Source of the DNA: Pseudobdellovibrionaceae bacterium
GTDB lineage: Bacteria > Bdellovibrionota > Bdellovibrionia > Bdellovibrionales > UBA1609
Direction of reading: 5' to 3'
Assembly (NCBI GenBank): GCA_030591685.1
Contig: JAUVAX010000011.1
Span: forward strand, 1 to 62,694
DNA length: 62,694 bases
Shown here: in pieces, positions 52,552-62,694 of the stretch
Layout of the letters: the number at the start of each line of letters is the position of its first letter
Position numbering within the stretch: the stretch's first letter is position 1
The notes under the pieces: generated by a model
Told to the model about the DNA's origin: nothing
Seen by the model: the letters and a program-made list of their open reading frames with translations, nothing else
Databases searched by the model: none
Program-made: the position numbers and the translations under genes

Positions 52552-52923
52552 TTATGAAACCTTATCAAAAATTGAGTCTAAAACGACCTTGCTGCTCTCT
52601 TTTTTTGTTTTTACAAAATAAATAAGGTCATCAACGATTTGTATGTCTCTGTTGTTTTGCGGCACAAATTGAACGCCACAGCCGGATGCGTTTTTCCAAA
52701 CCACCTTAGCAACAATTTTACGTTCACGTCCGCTGACGCTAAATTTAACGTTAAGCTTATCGTTAACAACGAGCCCGCACTGATCTGCGACTTTTAAAAA
52801 AGCCCCCGTAAGGCTGATGTTTTGCAAAATAGCCCCTGCATTTTGGCGAGCATAGCTACGGCGAAATTCCACAGGGATTTCGAGGAGAACTCTAGGGGCA
52901 GGCTTTTCATTTTCAGGTATCAT
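52552..52923 (-). CDS. Stand-alone PilZ-domain protein
   Basis: NISLTG (D/NxSxxG), AKVVW, GVQF; the RxxxR motif reads PAPR; AGGAGG RBS. Confidence 0.9.
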   Translation of the reverse strand: MIPENEKPAPRVLLEIPVEFRRSYARQNAGAILQNISLTGAFLKVADQCGLVVNDKLNVKFSVSGRERKIVAKVVWKNASGCGVQFVPQNNRDIQIVDDLIYFVKTKKESSKVVLDSIFDKVS

Positions 52924-52947
52924 AAAACCTCCTAATGATTCTAAGCT

Positions 52948-52955
52948 CTATCGGC
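52948..52955 (-). promoter_or_regulatory. Sigma28-like -10 element upstream of PilZ
   Basis: GCCGATAG on minus strand about 25 bp before the ATG; -35 poor. Confidence 0.4.
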
Positions 52956-53287
52956 CTTATGGGGCGAAAATATAAGAGTTAAGATCGACTTTTTACTGAC
53001 CCTGGGTCATATGGAGACACGTAAGAGTTGTTGTATCAATTTGGAGCTCGTGAGATGTAATTATTTCAGCCTACAGCGCTAAAATTAATGCTAGGAGTAA
53101 AAATTAGGCAGAGGTTATTGACAAAATGGGTCAAAAAAAGTCTACTGAAGTAGCACAAAAACCAAATCTAAAGAAAACACCACTCTAAATTAAAATATTC
53201 TCATTTATCTTAGAGATATAAAATCAGAGGTCTATTTTTTAACCCATTCAAAACACATTCATTTAAAATATTATAGTAGGAGAAATA

Positions 53288-54973
53288 ATGTCAGAGTCGA
53301 CAGACATCAAGAAAGAGACTGAGCCCGAAAAAAAGAAGCCCAGGGCGACCAAGGCCACCCCTAGCGAGGAATCAAAATCAGCCTCTACAAAGGCGGCCCC
53401 AGCAGAAGAAAAAAAACAAGCCACAACAAAATCTACGCCAGCAGAGTCACGACCTGAAGAAAGGCCCAGAGAGCCTTCGTCGGGTCAAAAAACCCGTAAG
53501 CGAAGCGGGGGGCGATCAAGTTCAGACTATAGATCTAGAAAGCAGTCTCAAAACAGCAACAGCAACAACAACAACAATAATAATAATAACCAAAACAGAG
53601 GCAACAAGTCCCATCACAACAGAAACAACCAGCAGTCCTCGTACTCTCACCAAGATGATATTGTGGTGGAGCCAGAGGTGGACCTTTCTGACGTCACCTT
53701 GTCTGAAGAGGAAAAGGGCGACCTGAACTCAAAGAGTTTAAAATCAAAAGACATCAAGCATTTGGTGGATTTGGCCACAAAACTAAAAATTGAAAACGCC
53801 GCCGGCTTAAGGCGACAAGACTTAGTGTTTAACATTTTAAAAAGAGCCTCCAAACTAGGTGAAGATGTTTATGGCGATGGTGTGCTAGAAATTTTACCCG
53901 ATGGGTACGGGTTTCTAAGGTCACCAGATTACAACTATTTACCGGGCCCCGATGATATTTATGTAAGCCCATCGCAAATAAGAAGGTTTGGCTTGAGAAC
54001 AGGGGACACGATCACCGGCACTGTTCGCCCCCCCAAGGATCAAGAGAGGTATTTTGCCCTCTTAAAGGTGGACACATTAAATTATGAGCCCACAGAAAAG
54101 GGTAAAGATAAAATTTTATTTGATAACTTAACACCCCTGTACCCTGAGGAGCGCTTTAAGCTAGAGCATGACCCAAAGGTATTGACCTCTCGTGTGGTGG
54201 ACCTAATGAGCCCACTTGGTAAAGGGCAAAGAGCCTTAATTGTGGCGCCACCAAGAACGGGTAAAACAGTTTTATTACAGAACATAGCAGAGTCTATTTC
54301 AATTAATTACCCGGACGTGACCTTAATCGTTTTACTCATTGATGAGCGCCCCGAAGAAGTTACAGACATGTTAAGGCATGTTAAGGGCGAGGTGATAAGC
54401 TCTACTTTTGATGAGCCCCCCACGCGACATGTTCAGGTGGCTGAAATGGTGATCTCAAAAGCAAAGCGGTTGGTGGAGCATAAACATGATGTTGTGATTT
54501 TATTAGACTCGATCACCCGTTTAGCGAGAGCTTATAATACAGTTGTGCCCCCTTCGGGCAAAATACTCTCTGGTGGTGTTGATTCGAACGCCCTTCATAA
54601 GCCAAAAAGGTTTTTTGGGGCCGCTAGGAACGTTGAAGAGGGCGGTAGCTTAACGATCATTGCCACAGCACTTGTAGACACGGGATCTCGTATGGACGAG
54701 GTCATTTTTGAGGAGTTTAAAGGCACCGGTAATAGCGAGATACATCTTGATCGAAAACTTATGGAAAAGCGCATATTCCCGTGTATGGACATAAATAGAT
54801 CCGGCACAAGAAAGGAAGACCTGCTTTTAGACGCCGGCGATTTGCAAAGAATTTGGATTCTTAGAAAGGTGTTAGCTCCAATGAACGTTGTGGATAGTAT
54901 GGAGTTTATTGCGGACAAATTAAAGCGTACAAAAACAAATGCTGAATTTTTATCGAGCATGGGGGCAAAGTAA
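53288..54973 (+). CDS. rho: Transcription termination factor Rho with N-terminal low-complexity extension
   Basis: [60 protein letters not shown]. Confidence 0.99.
   Translation: MSESTDIKKETEPEKKKPRATKATPSEESKSASTKAAPAEEKKQATTKSTPAESRPEERPREPSSGQKTRKRSGGRSSSDYRSRKQSQNSNSNNNNNNNNNQNRGNKSHHNRNNQQSSYSHQDDIVVEPEVDLSDVTLSEEEKGDLNSKSLKSKDIKHLVDLATKLKIENAAGLRRQDLVFNILKRASKLGEDVYGDGVLEILPDGYGFLRSPDYNYLPGPDDIYVSPSQIRRFGLRTGDTITGTVRPPKDQERYFALLKVDTLNYEPTEKGKDKILFDNLTPLYPEERFKLEHDPKVLTSRVVDLMSPLGKGQRALIVAPPRTGKTVLLQNIAESISINYPDVTLIVLLIDERPEEVTDMLRHVKGEVISSTFDEPPTRHVQVAEMVISKAKRLVEHKHDVVILLDSITRLARAYNTVVPPSGKILSGGVDSNALHKPKRFFGAARNVEEGGSLTIIATALVDTGSRMDEVIFEEFKGTGNSEIHLDRKLMEKRIFPCMDINRSGTRKEDLLLDAGDLQRIWILRKVLAPMNVVDSMEFIADKLKRTKTNAEFLSSMGAK
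53552..53596 (+). repeat. AAC/AAT triplet tract (poly-Asn) in rho
   Basis: Run of aac/agc/aat triplets encoding the NSNS-polyN-QN stretch. Confidence 0.85.
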
Positions 54974-55055
54974 CCCACTGAAATTACTAATAAAAATACG
55001 ATTTCAAAAGCAGGCCGCCAAGCACAAGGCGACACTACGCGACGCACAAAAGCCC

Positions 55056-55076
55056 TGTGGATAACCTTGTGGAAAA
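55056..55076 (-). promoter_or_regulatory. Tandem pair of consensus DnaA boxes
   Basis: TGTGGATAA (55056-55064) and TGTGGAAAA (55068-55076) both match TTWTNCACA, 3 bp apart, intergenic. Confidence 0.65.
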
Positions 55077-55216
55077 TTCGTTTGAAATGTGATTTTTGAT
55101 TAAAGAAAGAGTGTTTCTCTAAGCAAGGAAGAAAAAGTTAGCACTGCAAAAACATCAAGTAAAGGCAATCGTGAAAAAAATACAATTTTTTCGCTAAGCA
55201 TAAAAAGAGTGGTTCA

Positions 55217-56293
55217 ATGTTTAAAAAATTAGAAGAAGTTGAGCGGCGATACGAACAGGTTCAACAGCAGCTTCAAAGGCCAGGGGTGGCAGATAATAAA
55301 AAAGAGTTTCGCTCCATGATGAAGGAGCTCTCTGACCTTGAAAAACTTGTTGTTGTCTACCGAGGTTATAAAAAAACAATCAAAGAAATTAAATCTAACA
55401 AAGAGCTGCTGGAGTCAGAAAAAGACGAAGAAATACGTCAAATGGCAAAGGATGAGCTGGGCGAATTAGAACAAGTTAAAAAAGAGGAAGAGCAAAACTT
55501 AAAAGTTATGCTTTTGCCCACAGACCCTAACGATGACAAAAACATTATTTTAGAAATCCGAGCGGGCGCCGGTGGTGACGAGGCGGGTTTGTTTTCTGAA
55601 GAGCTGTTTAGGGCCTACTCTGTGTTTGCAAACTCAAAGGGTTGGAAGACACAGTTGATTTCAACGTCTTCTGGTAACGTCGGGGGCTTTAAAGAGGTGA
55701 TTGCTTTAATTTCTGGGGATCAGGTTTACAGTACACTTAAATATGAAAGCGGAGTTCACCGTGTGCAAAGGGTGCCAAAGACAGAGTCTCAGGGCAGAGT
55801 GCACACCTCAACGGTAACAGTCGCTGTAATACCTGAGGCCGAAGAGGTGGCCGTTAAGGTAAACCCAAACGACCTTCGCGTTGATGTGTACCGATCAAGC
55901 GGGCACGGGGGACAGTCTGTAAATACGACAGACTCTGCGGTGCGAGTCACGCACCTGCCGACAGGCATAGTTGTCACCTGCCAAGATGGCAAATCACAGC
56001 TTTCAAATAAAGAGCAGGCGTTAAAGGTTTTATACTCAAGGTTAGTGGCCATGGAGGAAGATAAAAAACGCCAAGAGGCCTCTAGCGCCCGGTTATCACA
56101 AATAGGCACGGGTGATCGGTCAGAGAGGGTCAGGACCTATAACTTCCCCCAATCAAGGTTAACAGACCACCGAATTGGCTTAACGACTCATAACCTTACA
56201 GCCGTTATGTCGGGTGAATTTTCTGAAATAATTGATGCGTTAATTGCACACTATCAGGTTGAGGCCTTAAAGAGGCAGAGCAATGACTCTTAA
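55217..56293 (+). CDS. prfA: Peptide chain release factor 1
   Basis: [23 protein letters not shown] (PxT), GGQ, RTYNFPQ.R.TDHR. Confidence 0.99.
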   Translation: MFKKLEEVERRYEQVQQQLQRPGVADNKKEFRSMMKELSDLEKLVVVYRGYKKTIKEIKSNKELLESEKDEEIRQMAKDELGELEQVKKEEEQNLKVMLLPTDPNDDKNIILEIRAGAGGDEAGLFSEELFRAYSVFANSKGWKTQLISTSSGNVGGFKEVIALISGDQVYSTLKYESGVHRVQRVPKTESQGRVHTSTVTVAVIPEAEEVAVKVNPNDLRVDVYRSSGHGGQSVNTTDSAVRVTHLPTGIVVTCQDGKSQLSNKEQALKVLYSRLVAMEEDKKRQEASSARLSQIGTGDRSERVRTYNFPQSRLTDHRIGLTTHNLTAVMSGEFSEIIDALIAHYQVEALKRQSNDS

Positions 56294-57152
56294 AGATGTC
56301 TTAGACAAATCAACACAGTTTTTTAAACAAAAAAAAATCGAATCTCCAAGGCTTGATGCTGAACTTTTATTAGGTCATGCGCTTTCAATGGAGCGCATGC
56401 AGTTGTATTTAAACTTTGACCGCCCTATGTCAGAAGGTGATTTATCACAGTGCAGAGAGCTTGTTAAAAGGCGCTCTACTGGCGAACCCGTGGCCTATAT
56501 ACTTGGAGAAAAAGAATTTTATGGGCTTTCGTTTAAGGTCAATAAAGACGTATTAATACCGCGACCAGAAACCGAGCACATTGTTGATGAAACATTACTG
56601 TGGGTCAAAAATAATTGTATTGAGGGTGAAAAAGTAAAAATAATAGATCTCGGCACAGGGAGCGGATGTTTAGCCATTTCATTGGCTAAGAAAATTAAGA
56701 ACTGTGAAGTTGTCGCTGTAGACATAAGCGAAGAGGCTTTAGTCGTTGCAAAAAAAAATGCAGAGATTAATCAGGTGAGTTCGCAGGTGACTTTTTTACG
56801 CAGTGATGTTTTAAAATTGGACCCTGAGGTTTTTAAAGGGGCCTGTATTGTAGTTTCGAACCCACCGTACGTTGGGGCCTCAGACTATATAGAGGCCGGA
56901 GTAAAAGCCCATGAGCCCCACATCGCACTCTTTGCTGAAGACGAGGGGTTAAGGCTTATTTATGATTGGTCGCAAAGGGCTATAAACGAGGCCAAGGGTA
57001 GAAACAATTTTTTTATGGCCTTCGAAATAGGTGACGAGCACAGGGAAAAGCTGACAGAGTTTGCAAAAAATAAGTTTAGCAACCTAGGGGCGAGGTTTGT
57101 AAAAGATTACTCGGGCCTTGACCGAGTATTTATTGTATCAAAAAACAGCTAA
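56283..57152 (+). CDS. prmC: Release factor glutamine methyltransferase
   Basis: [32 protein letters not shown]. Confidence 0.97.
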   Translation: MTLKDVLDKSTQFFKQKKIESPRLDAELLLGHALSMERMQLYLNFDRPMSEGDLSQCRELVKRRSTGEPVAYILGEKEFYGLSFKVNKDVLIPRPETEHIVDETLLWVKNNCIEGEKVKIIDLGTGSGCLAISLAKKIKNCEVVAVDISEEALVVAKKNAEINQVSSQVTFLRSDVLKLDPEVFKGACIVVSNPPYVGASDYIEAGVKAHEPHIALFAEDEGLRLIYDWSQRAINEAKGRNNFFMAFEIGDEHREKLTEFAKNKFSNLGARFVKDYSGLDRVFIVSKNS

Positions 57153-57163
57153 GGGGTATTAGC

Positions 57164-58423
57164 ATGGATAAAATGTGGGTAAAAGGCGGGGCCATCTTAA
57201 ACGGTCAAGTTAAAACAAGTGGGGCTAAAAACTCAGCCTTGCCGATTATCTTTTCTTCGCTATTGGCAGAGGGTAAACATGTATTTTTTAATGTCCCCGA
57301 TCTATTAGATATAAGCTCAACCCGAAATTTACTTGAGAGTTTAAATTGTAAAACTAAATATGAAAATTCAACACTGACAGTTGAGGTGTCTTATTTAAAT
57401 GAGCCACTTGCACACTATGATTATGTTCGAAAAATGCGTGCGAGTATTTTGTGTTTAGGCCCTCTTTTAGCGCGCTATAAAAAGGCTCAGGTGAGCTTGC
57501 CTGGAGGTTGTGCTATAGGATCGAGGCCCGTAAACATGCACATTGAAGGCATGCAGGGGCTAGGCGCGCAGGTAGAAATTAAAGAGGGCTATATATATGC
57601 CTCGACCCCAGAGGGCTTGCGGGGGGCCACTGTGTTATTTGACCTGCCGACGGTGGGCGGGACAGAAAATATAATGATGGCTGCTGTTCTTGCTGAGGGT
57701 ACAACGGTAATAGAAAACGCGGCCAAAGAGCCCGAAATTGTAGACTTAGCGAATTATCTTATAAAAATGGGGGCAAAAGTTCAGGGTGCCGGCACTGGGG
57801 TAATAACAATTCAGGGTGTAAAAAAACTAAACCCAGCGGAGCATACTATTATCCCAGACCGCATTGAAGCGGGCACGCTTTTACTGGCCGGTGCGATTAC
57901 AGGGGGGGATGTTACAGTTTTGGACTGTGACCCTTCAGATATAGAGCCCTTAATCATAAAATTAAAGGAATCGGGATTTGACATTGAAGTGGGGGAATCC
58001 TCAGTCAGGGTCTTGCCCTGTGCTTCATGGAGAGGGGTAGATATTATGACAGCCCCTCACCCGGCCTTTCCCACAGATTTACAGGCACAGTTTATGGCTT
58101 TAATGACTCAAGCCCAGGGCACAAGCTTAATAAATGAAAGTGTTTTTGAAAATAGATTTATGCACGTTCAAGAGCTCACTCGTATGAGTGCTAACATTAC
58201 ACCAAAAACAAAAGTGGCGGTTGTTAGGGGCAATAAGGGTGGGCTTATTGGGGCGCCTGTTATGGCTACAGACTTGCGGGCCAGTGCGTGTTTAGTTTTA
58301 GCAGGCCTTGTTGCCGTAGGAGAGACGGTCGTGAGTAGAATATATCACTTAGACCGTGGTTATGAGGGTTTGGAAAAAAAATTAGCTTCTTTAGGGGCCA
58401 ATATTAAGCGCGTCAGCGAATAA
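57164..58423 (+). CDS. murA: UDP-N-acetylglucosamine 1-carboxyvinyltransferase
   Basis: [46 protein letters not shown]. Confidence 0.99.
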   Translation: MDKMWVKGGAILNGQVKTSGAKNSALPIIFSSLLAEGKHVFFNVPDLLDISSTRNLLESLNCKTKYENSTLTVEVSYLNEPLAHYDYVRKMRASILCLGPLLARYKKAQVSLPGGCAIGSRPVNMHIEGMQGLGAQVEIKEGYIYASTPEGLRGATVLFDLPTVGGTENIMMAAVLAEGTTVIENAAKEPEIVDLANYLIKMGAKVQGAGTGVITIQGVKKLNPAEHTIIPDRIEAGTLLLAGAITGGDVTVLDCDPSDIEPLIIKLKESGFDIEVGESSVRVLPCASWRGVDIMTAPHPAFPTDLQAQFMALMTQAQGTSLINESVFENRFMHVQELTRMSANITPKTKVAVVRGNKGGLIGAPVMATDLRASACLVLAGLVAVGETVVSRIYHLDRGYEGLEKKLASLGANIKRVSE

Positions 58424-58537
58424 AAATAAACTTTACACTCAAAACAGAGGTTTTTTTACAGCTCTAAGCTTGCTAAGCGCACAGATTCATTAGAAAATTA
58501 CTTCAAGATAAGTCCTTTAATTTTTTAGGTTAATTTG

Positions 58538-61447
58538 ATGGGTATGCAGCAAAAATGGATCATTAAAGATGCTAGTGGTAGGGTTGTTGGCCCCCTCACC
58601 ACACCTCAGGTTATGAGAAAGATCTCAACAGGTGACTTTTCGGGCGAAGAGTTAATCTCGGCTTATCCTGGTAACAAGTGGTACCCCATGAGCCAGGACG
58701 CTAAGTTTTATGACCAGCTTCTTGAGGTTCTCTCTCAAGGGCAGAAGGGGCACGAAAAGTCGGCACCCAGCACGTCAGGCAGTGAATCAGCAAAGGTCAG
58801 TTCAAAAAAACACAAAAGTCATTCAAGGTCAAAAAGTGAAAAATTAGAAGTAGAGATTGAGCCCCCTAAAAGCAGGAGCTATACAGAGAGTGTCTCAGAC
58901 GGGACTAAAACAAATACAAAAACTAAAGACACAACTAACGACGCAGACTCAGAGGAAAAAGCAAAATCAAAAGAGAAAACCAAGTCCAGTAACAAAAAAA
59001 AATCAGGTTTTGCCTCTAAGATTTCAGAGCCGCCGCAAACGGTAATAGAGTTAAAAAGCGAAAAGGAGCTTAACAAAGGGGCCAAGCGAAGTGCTTTTAG
59101 AAAGCCTTTTTTTGCTATTATAGGTATGCTGGTGATCTTTATGGCTTGGGTTTTTATAGAGTCAGACTCAAAACTAACTCCTGGGCGTGTGCGTCTGTTG
59201 GCGCCATCTAAAAAAGTGAACCTCTCGCCAAAAAAACTTAAAAAAAGAACCCTTCAAGCCGTTGCTCATTATAAATTAGATGTTTACGAAAACTATTTAA
59301 GAGCGCAGAGCTTAATTGTGGGGGCTATTGAGGCCAATCAAAAGGCCTCATCTAGCTGGGCGCTACTTTGTTTGACCTACCTTGAATTGTGGCCGTATTC
59401 GTACCAGGACTCTAAAGACCAACAAACAATTTCAAATGCTGTTCGTAAATCGGCCAGTTATGACCCTATTGGAGCCGATGCAGCAACATGTAAGTCCGTT
59501 GATTTGTATATTCGTGGGAGGGGCAAGGAGGCTCGGTCACTTGTTAAGGTGACTCTTGAGAACTTGCCGGGCGGCAACCCGCCAGTTGCACTTTATTTTT
59601 TAAGGGCTTTGTTTTTGGATGAGCCTCAATACTCAGCCACAGCTATTGGGTACGCCCAGTCAGCACAGCAGCTGTGGCCAGGCTGGGTGAGAGCGCAATC
59701 TCTAGAGGCCAGCTTGACGATGAAGGGGGGGAACTATACGGCCGCCGCATCTATTTATAAAAAAATTATCACAAAAAACCCAAAGCACATAGTTTCTAAA
59801 CTACAGTTGGGTCTTATTCAGTATGCGCGATTTAATCATGTAGAGCAGGCTTATAAAACGCTACAAAAGGCCCTTTCGGGCTCCCCTAAGGCGGCCAACA
59901 CGTTGCTATCACAGGCGTACTTGGCATTAGCCAAGGTGTCTTTAGAGTTTAAAGAGTCGGCTCAGGCCTTAAAGTATGCAAAAAAATCTTATTACCATAA
60001 CCCATCAAACATAATAGCAAAAAATTTAATTGAGCATATCGGGGGCAAAAAGGCCTCAAAAAATGCACGGGCAGACATTAGACAACTTATCTCTGAGGGT
60101 GATTTTTACTTTCGTCAAAACGATTACCTAGAGGCCCTCGCTCTTTATAAAACAGCCTATGAGTTAAATAGAAAATCATCAGTGGCAGCAATGAAGGCCG
60201 GTAAATGTGCCTGGAAGCTGAGTTTTACAAACGATGCCATTAAGTGGCTAGCCCTTGCGATTAAAGCCGATCAAAAACTTATAGAAGCTTATGTTTTAAT
60301 GGCTGACTACTATGCGCAAAGGTATGATTTTTCTTCAGCAGCAACAGTATTAAGAAAAGCGGCGAAGGTAGCCCCAAGAAATTTTGAAGTTTACCGGGGT
60401 TATGCACTTATAGAGCTACGCAGAAACAACCCCAAGGGGGCGGTTTCATACGCCAAGAAAGCTCTTAAAATATATGATACCGATGTTCAGTCCAAAATTA
60501 TTTTAACTAAAGCCTATACTATGATGAATAAATATACTGACGCCTTTAGGGAGGCGAGCATTGCTATTGAGATAGATAGCAACAGCCGCGAAGCCCAAGC
60601 GGAGTTTATTAAAGCCATGGCAGGGCTTGAGGGCATAGATGCCGCTATAAGCTATGTAAGCAAGCTCGTTCGAAGCTTTCCGTTTGTTGTGGATTACAGG
60701 CTTGTCTTGGCCGAGTTATTTATGACAGACGAGCGCTATAGCGATGCCATTGAGATTTTTAATCAAGCCCTGCAGGTGGACAGTAATTCAAAAAAAGCCC
60801 TTATGGGTTTAGGGCACTCCAATAAGGCGTTAGGGCAAGGGCAGCCGGCCCTTGAGTTTTTTATGAAAGCGGCTGTTGCAGACCCCTCAGACGTGACCCC
60901 ATTATTTGAAATAGGTTTATTATATCTACAGACAAAAAAACCAAAATTAGCGAAAAACCAATTTGAGCGAATTTTAAAAATAAATCGCAACTACCCTTTA
61001 GCTAATTATTATTTAGGGCAGGCTTTTTTGCAAATGCGTGACTATAAAGCGGCCATAGAGCAGGCCAATAAAGAAAAACGCAAAAACCCAAACTTAAATC
61101 AACCCTATGTTTTATCCGCAGAGGCTTATTACCGAATGGAGCAATACGGTCTTTGTGCGCGTGAGTACCAACACGCTATAAGACTGCGCGCTCAGGGAGC
61201 AAGAAATTATGTTCGAGTAGCTCGGTGCTACAGAATGTCTGGTAATTTAGGTATTGCAAAAAAAATGCTAGAAAAGGCGGCTACCATTGAAAGCGGTAAT
61301 GCTGAAATATATAAAGAGATGGGCGCTATTTATGAAACGTTGGGGGAGTCAGAGCTTGCTGTTCAGTCTTATGAGCAGTATTTGGTTCTTGAGCCCATGG
61401 CGATGGACCGGGTAAAAATATTAGAGCGTATAAACACACTTAACTAG
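58538..61447 (+). CDS. Bitopic protein: GYF_2-like N-domain, charged linker, TM, long TPR array
   Basis: W......GP.T...I..G...GEELIS.....W..M; TM near aa 190-208; many TPR repeats. Confidence 0.85.
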   Translation: MGMQQKWIIKDASGRVVGPLTTPQVMRKISTGDFSGEELISAYPGNKWYPMSQDAKFYDQLLEVLSQGQKGHEKSAPSTSGSESAKVSSKKHKSHSRSKSEKLEVEIEPPKSRSYTESVSDGTKTNTKTKDTTNDADSEEKAKSKEKTKSSNKKKSGFASKISEPPQTVIELKSEKELNKGAKRSAFRKPFFAIIGMLVIFMAWVFIESDSKLTPGRVRLLAPSKKVNLSPKKLKKRTLQAVAHYKLDVYENYLRAQSLIVGAIEANQKASSSWALLCLTYLELWPYSYQDSKDQQTISNAVRKSASYDPIGADAATCKSVDLYIRGRGKEARSLVKVTLENLPGGNPPVALYFLRALFLDEPQYSATAIGYAQSAQQLWPGWVRAQSLEASLTMKGGNYTAAASIYKKIITKNPKHIVSKLQLGLIQYARFNHVEQAYKTLQKALSGSPKAANTLLSQAYLALAKVSLEFKESAQALKYAKKSYYHNPSNIIAKNLIEHIGGKKASKNARADIRQLISEGDFYFRQNDYLEALALYKTAYELNRKSSVAAMKAGKCAWKLSFTNDAIKWLALAIKADQKLIEAYVLMADYYAQRYDFSSAATVLRKAAKVAPRNFEVYRGYALIELRRNNPKGAVSYAKKALKIYDTDVQSKIILTKAYTMMNKYTDAFREASIAIEIDSNSREAQAEFIKAMAGLEGIDAAISYVSKLVRSFPFVVDYRLVLAELFMTDERYSDAIEIFNQALQVDSNSKKALMGLGHSNKALGQGQPALEFFMKAAVADPSDVTPLFEIGLLYLQTKKPKLAKNQFERILKINRNYPLANYYLGQAFLQMRDYKAAIEQANKEKRKNPNLNQPYVLSAEAYYRMEQYGLCAREYQHAIRLRAQGARNYVRVARCYRMSGNLGIAKKMLEKAATIESGNAEIYKEMGAIYETLGESELAVQSYEQYLVLEPMAMDRVKILERINTLN

Positions 61448-61462
61448 AGAACGGGGTAAAAA

Positions 61463-61765
61463 ATGGGCGTAAATCAAATTATGGGAAACATGCAGCACCG
61501 GATAAAGAGCTCATCCTTTGGTGTTTTTACAATACTTTTAAAGCTAGTCTCGGGGTTAGTACTAGGGTTAACCTTTGCGTTAGTGGGTCAAGAAATGATA
61601 GGTTACGAAAGCCTGGCATTTATGTTTGTTATGGTGGTTGTTTTAGGTGTGTTTTTAAGAATAGCCAAAAACTGGAGAGTTTTAGGTGTTGTTGTGTTTA
61701 ATGTATTTTTAATACTCGCAGGGATGTTGTTAAGGGTTTACATAGTGATTGCTCCAGGAGCTTAG
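61463..61765 (+). CDS. Small membrane protein (3 TM), hypothetical
   Basis: 100 aa, hydrophobic, fills the gap before serS. Confidence 0.75.
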   Translation: MGVNQIMGNMQHRIKSSSFGVFTILLKLVSGLVLGLTFALVGQEMIGYESLAFMFVMVVVLGVFLRIAKNWRVLGVVVFNVFLILAGMLLRVYIVIAPGA

Positions 61766-61768
61766 GTT

Positions 61769-62694
61769 TTGATTGATATAAAAAAATTAGAAAAAAACGA
61801 AGACTTTAAAAACACAGGACTCTCTTATGTTGAGGCCTACAAGGGTAGTCTGCAAAACAGAAACGCAGATCCTCAAAAGGTAGATGAGGCCCTAGATTTA
61901 AATAAAAAGCGAAAAGTATTAATTAAAGAAGCTGAAGAGTCAAAGGCCGCGCAAAATAAAGTGGGCAAAGAAATCGCGCAATTAAAAAGACAAAAACAAG
62001 ATGCCAGCGCGCTTTTAACTGAAATGCAAACACAAAGCACTAAGGTGAAAGACCTTAACCACCAGGCCGATATAATTAATAAACAAGTGAGTGAGCTATT
62101 AAGCTCATTGCCGAACATGTGTGACCCGTCGACGCCTGTTGGGTCTTCTGAAGACGACAACGTTGAGGTTTATAAAAAAGGCGAACCCCGAAGTTTTGAT
62201 TTTAAGCCTAAAGATCATGTGGACATAGGCGAGGCGCTAGCCATAATAGATTTTGAGAGGGCGGCAAAAACAACAGGGGCTCGGTTTTCATTTTTAAAAG
62301 GTGCTGGAGCAGCTCTTGAAAGAGCTTTAATGCAATTTATGATGGACGTACACTCGCGTGACCACGGGTATGAGGAGATTTCAACACCTCTTATGGTCAA
62401 CTCAAACTCTATGTACGGCACCAGCCAGTTCCCTAAATTTAAAGAAGAGCAGTTTGAAGTTAAGGGGACAGATTATTTTTTAGTCCCCACGGGAGAGGTG
62501 CCAGTCACAAATTTTTATTCAGGCGAAATACTTTTAGAAGCCGATTTGCCAAAATATTTTACCGCACTCACAGCGTGTTTTAGGTCCGAGGCGGGTAGCC
62601 ATGGTAAAGACACTCGTGGGCTTTTTAGGCAGCACCAATTTTATAAAGTAGAGCTTGTAAAGTTTGTAAAGCCAGAGACCTCGTATGAAGAGCA
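61769..62694 (+). CDS. serS: Serine--tRNA ligase (3'-truncated by window edge; absent from ORF track)
   Basis: TTG start after AGGAG: MIDIKKLE...coiled coil...LPN..D...VG..EDDN, K.TGARF, LERAL, QFPKF, LVPTGEVP, CFRSEAGSHGKDTRGLFRQHQF.KVEL. Confidence 0.98.
   Translation, partial: MIDIKKLEKNEDFKNTGLSYVEAYKGSLQNRNADPQKVDEALDLNKKRKVLIKEAEESKAAQNKVGKEIAQLKRQKQDASALLTEMQTQSTKVKDLNHQADIINKQVSELLSSLPNMCDPSTPVGSSEDDNVEVYKKGEPRSFDFKPKDHVDIGEALAIIDFERAAKTTGARFSFLKGAGAALERALMQFMMDVHSRDHGYEEISTPLMVNSNSMYGTSQFPKFKEEQFEVKGTDYFLVPTGEVPVTNFYSGEILLEADLPKYFTALTACFRSEAGSHGKDTRGLFRQHQFYKVELVKFVKPETSYEE

Overview
Origin-proximal core region of a Bdellovibrionota-like (Bdellovibrionales) chromosome. The assignment rests on protein sequences and on gene order recalled from B. 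bacteriovorus HD100; no search was run. Gene order: recF (5'-truncated), gyrB, gyrA, TPR lipoprotein, atpZ/I/B/E, pseudo-receiver protein, PMM/PGM, pdxA, three parvulin PPIases, DUF374, etfAB, sdhCAB, 79-aa protein, S8-CUB protease, alpha/beta hydrolase, FHA protein, rpsF, DUF2232, rplI, dnaB, Fis-like, ftsK, dapA, dapB, FolK-like, tal, lytic transglycosylase, metallophosphoesterase, Bd0055-type bacterial histone, ligA, gatCAB, ppx, DUF192, LysM lipoprotein, PilZ, rho, prfA, prmC, murA, GYF-TM-TPR protein, serS (3'-truncated). I saw no rRNA, tRNA, CRISPR array, prophage or IS element. The strongest candidate for a new system is a DnaA-box cluster plus sigma28-like promoter upstream of a 79-aa protein with a QLSF beta-clamp-binding-like motif, a possible replication or life-cycle checkpoint module (inference). 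Other notable signals are an S6:S18 leader RNA in an operon lacking rpsR, an HPPK homolog missing its catalytic aspartates, a LysM protein anchored at both ends, a Rho with an N/Q prion-like tract, and a palindrome over the histone promoter.
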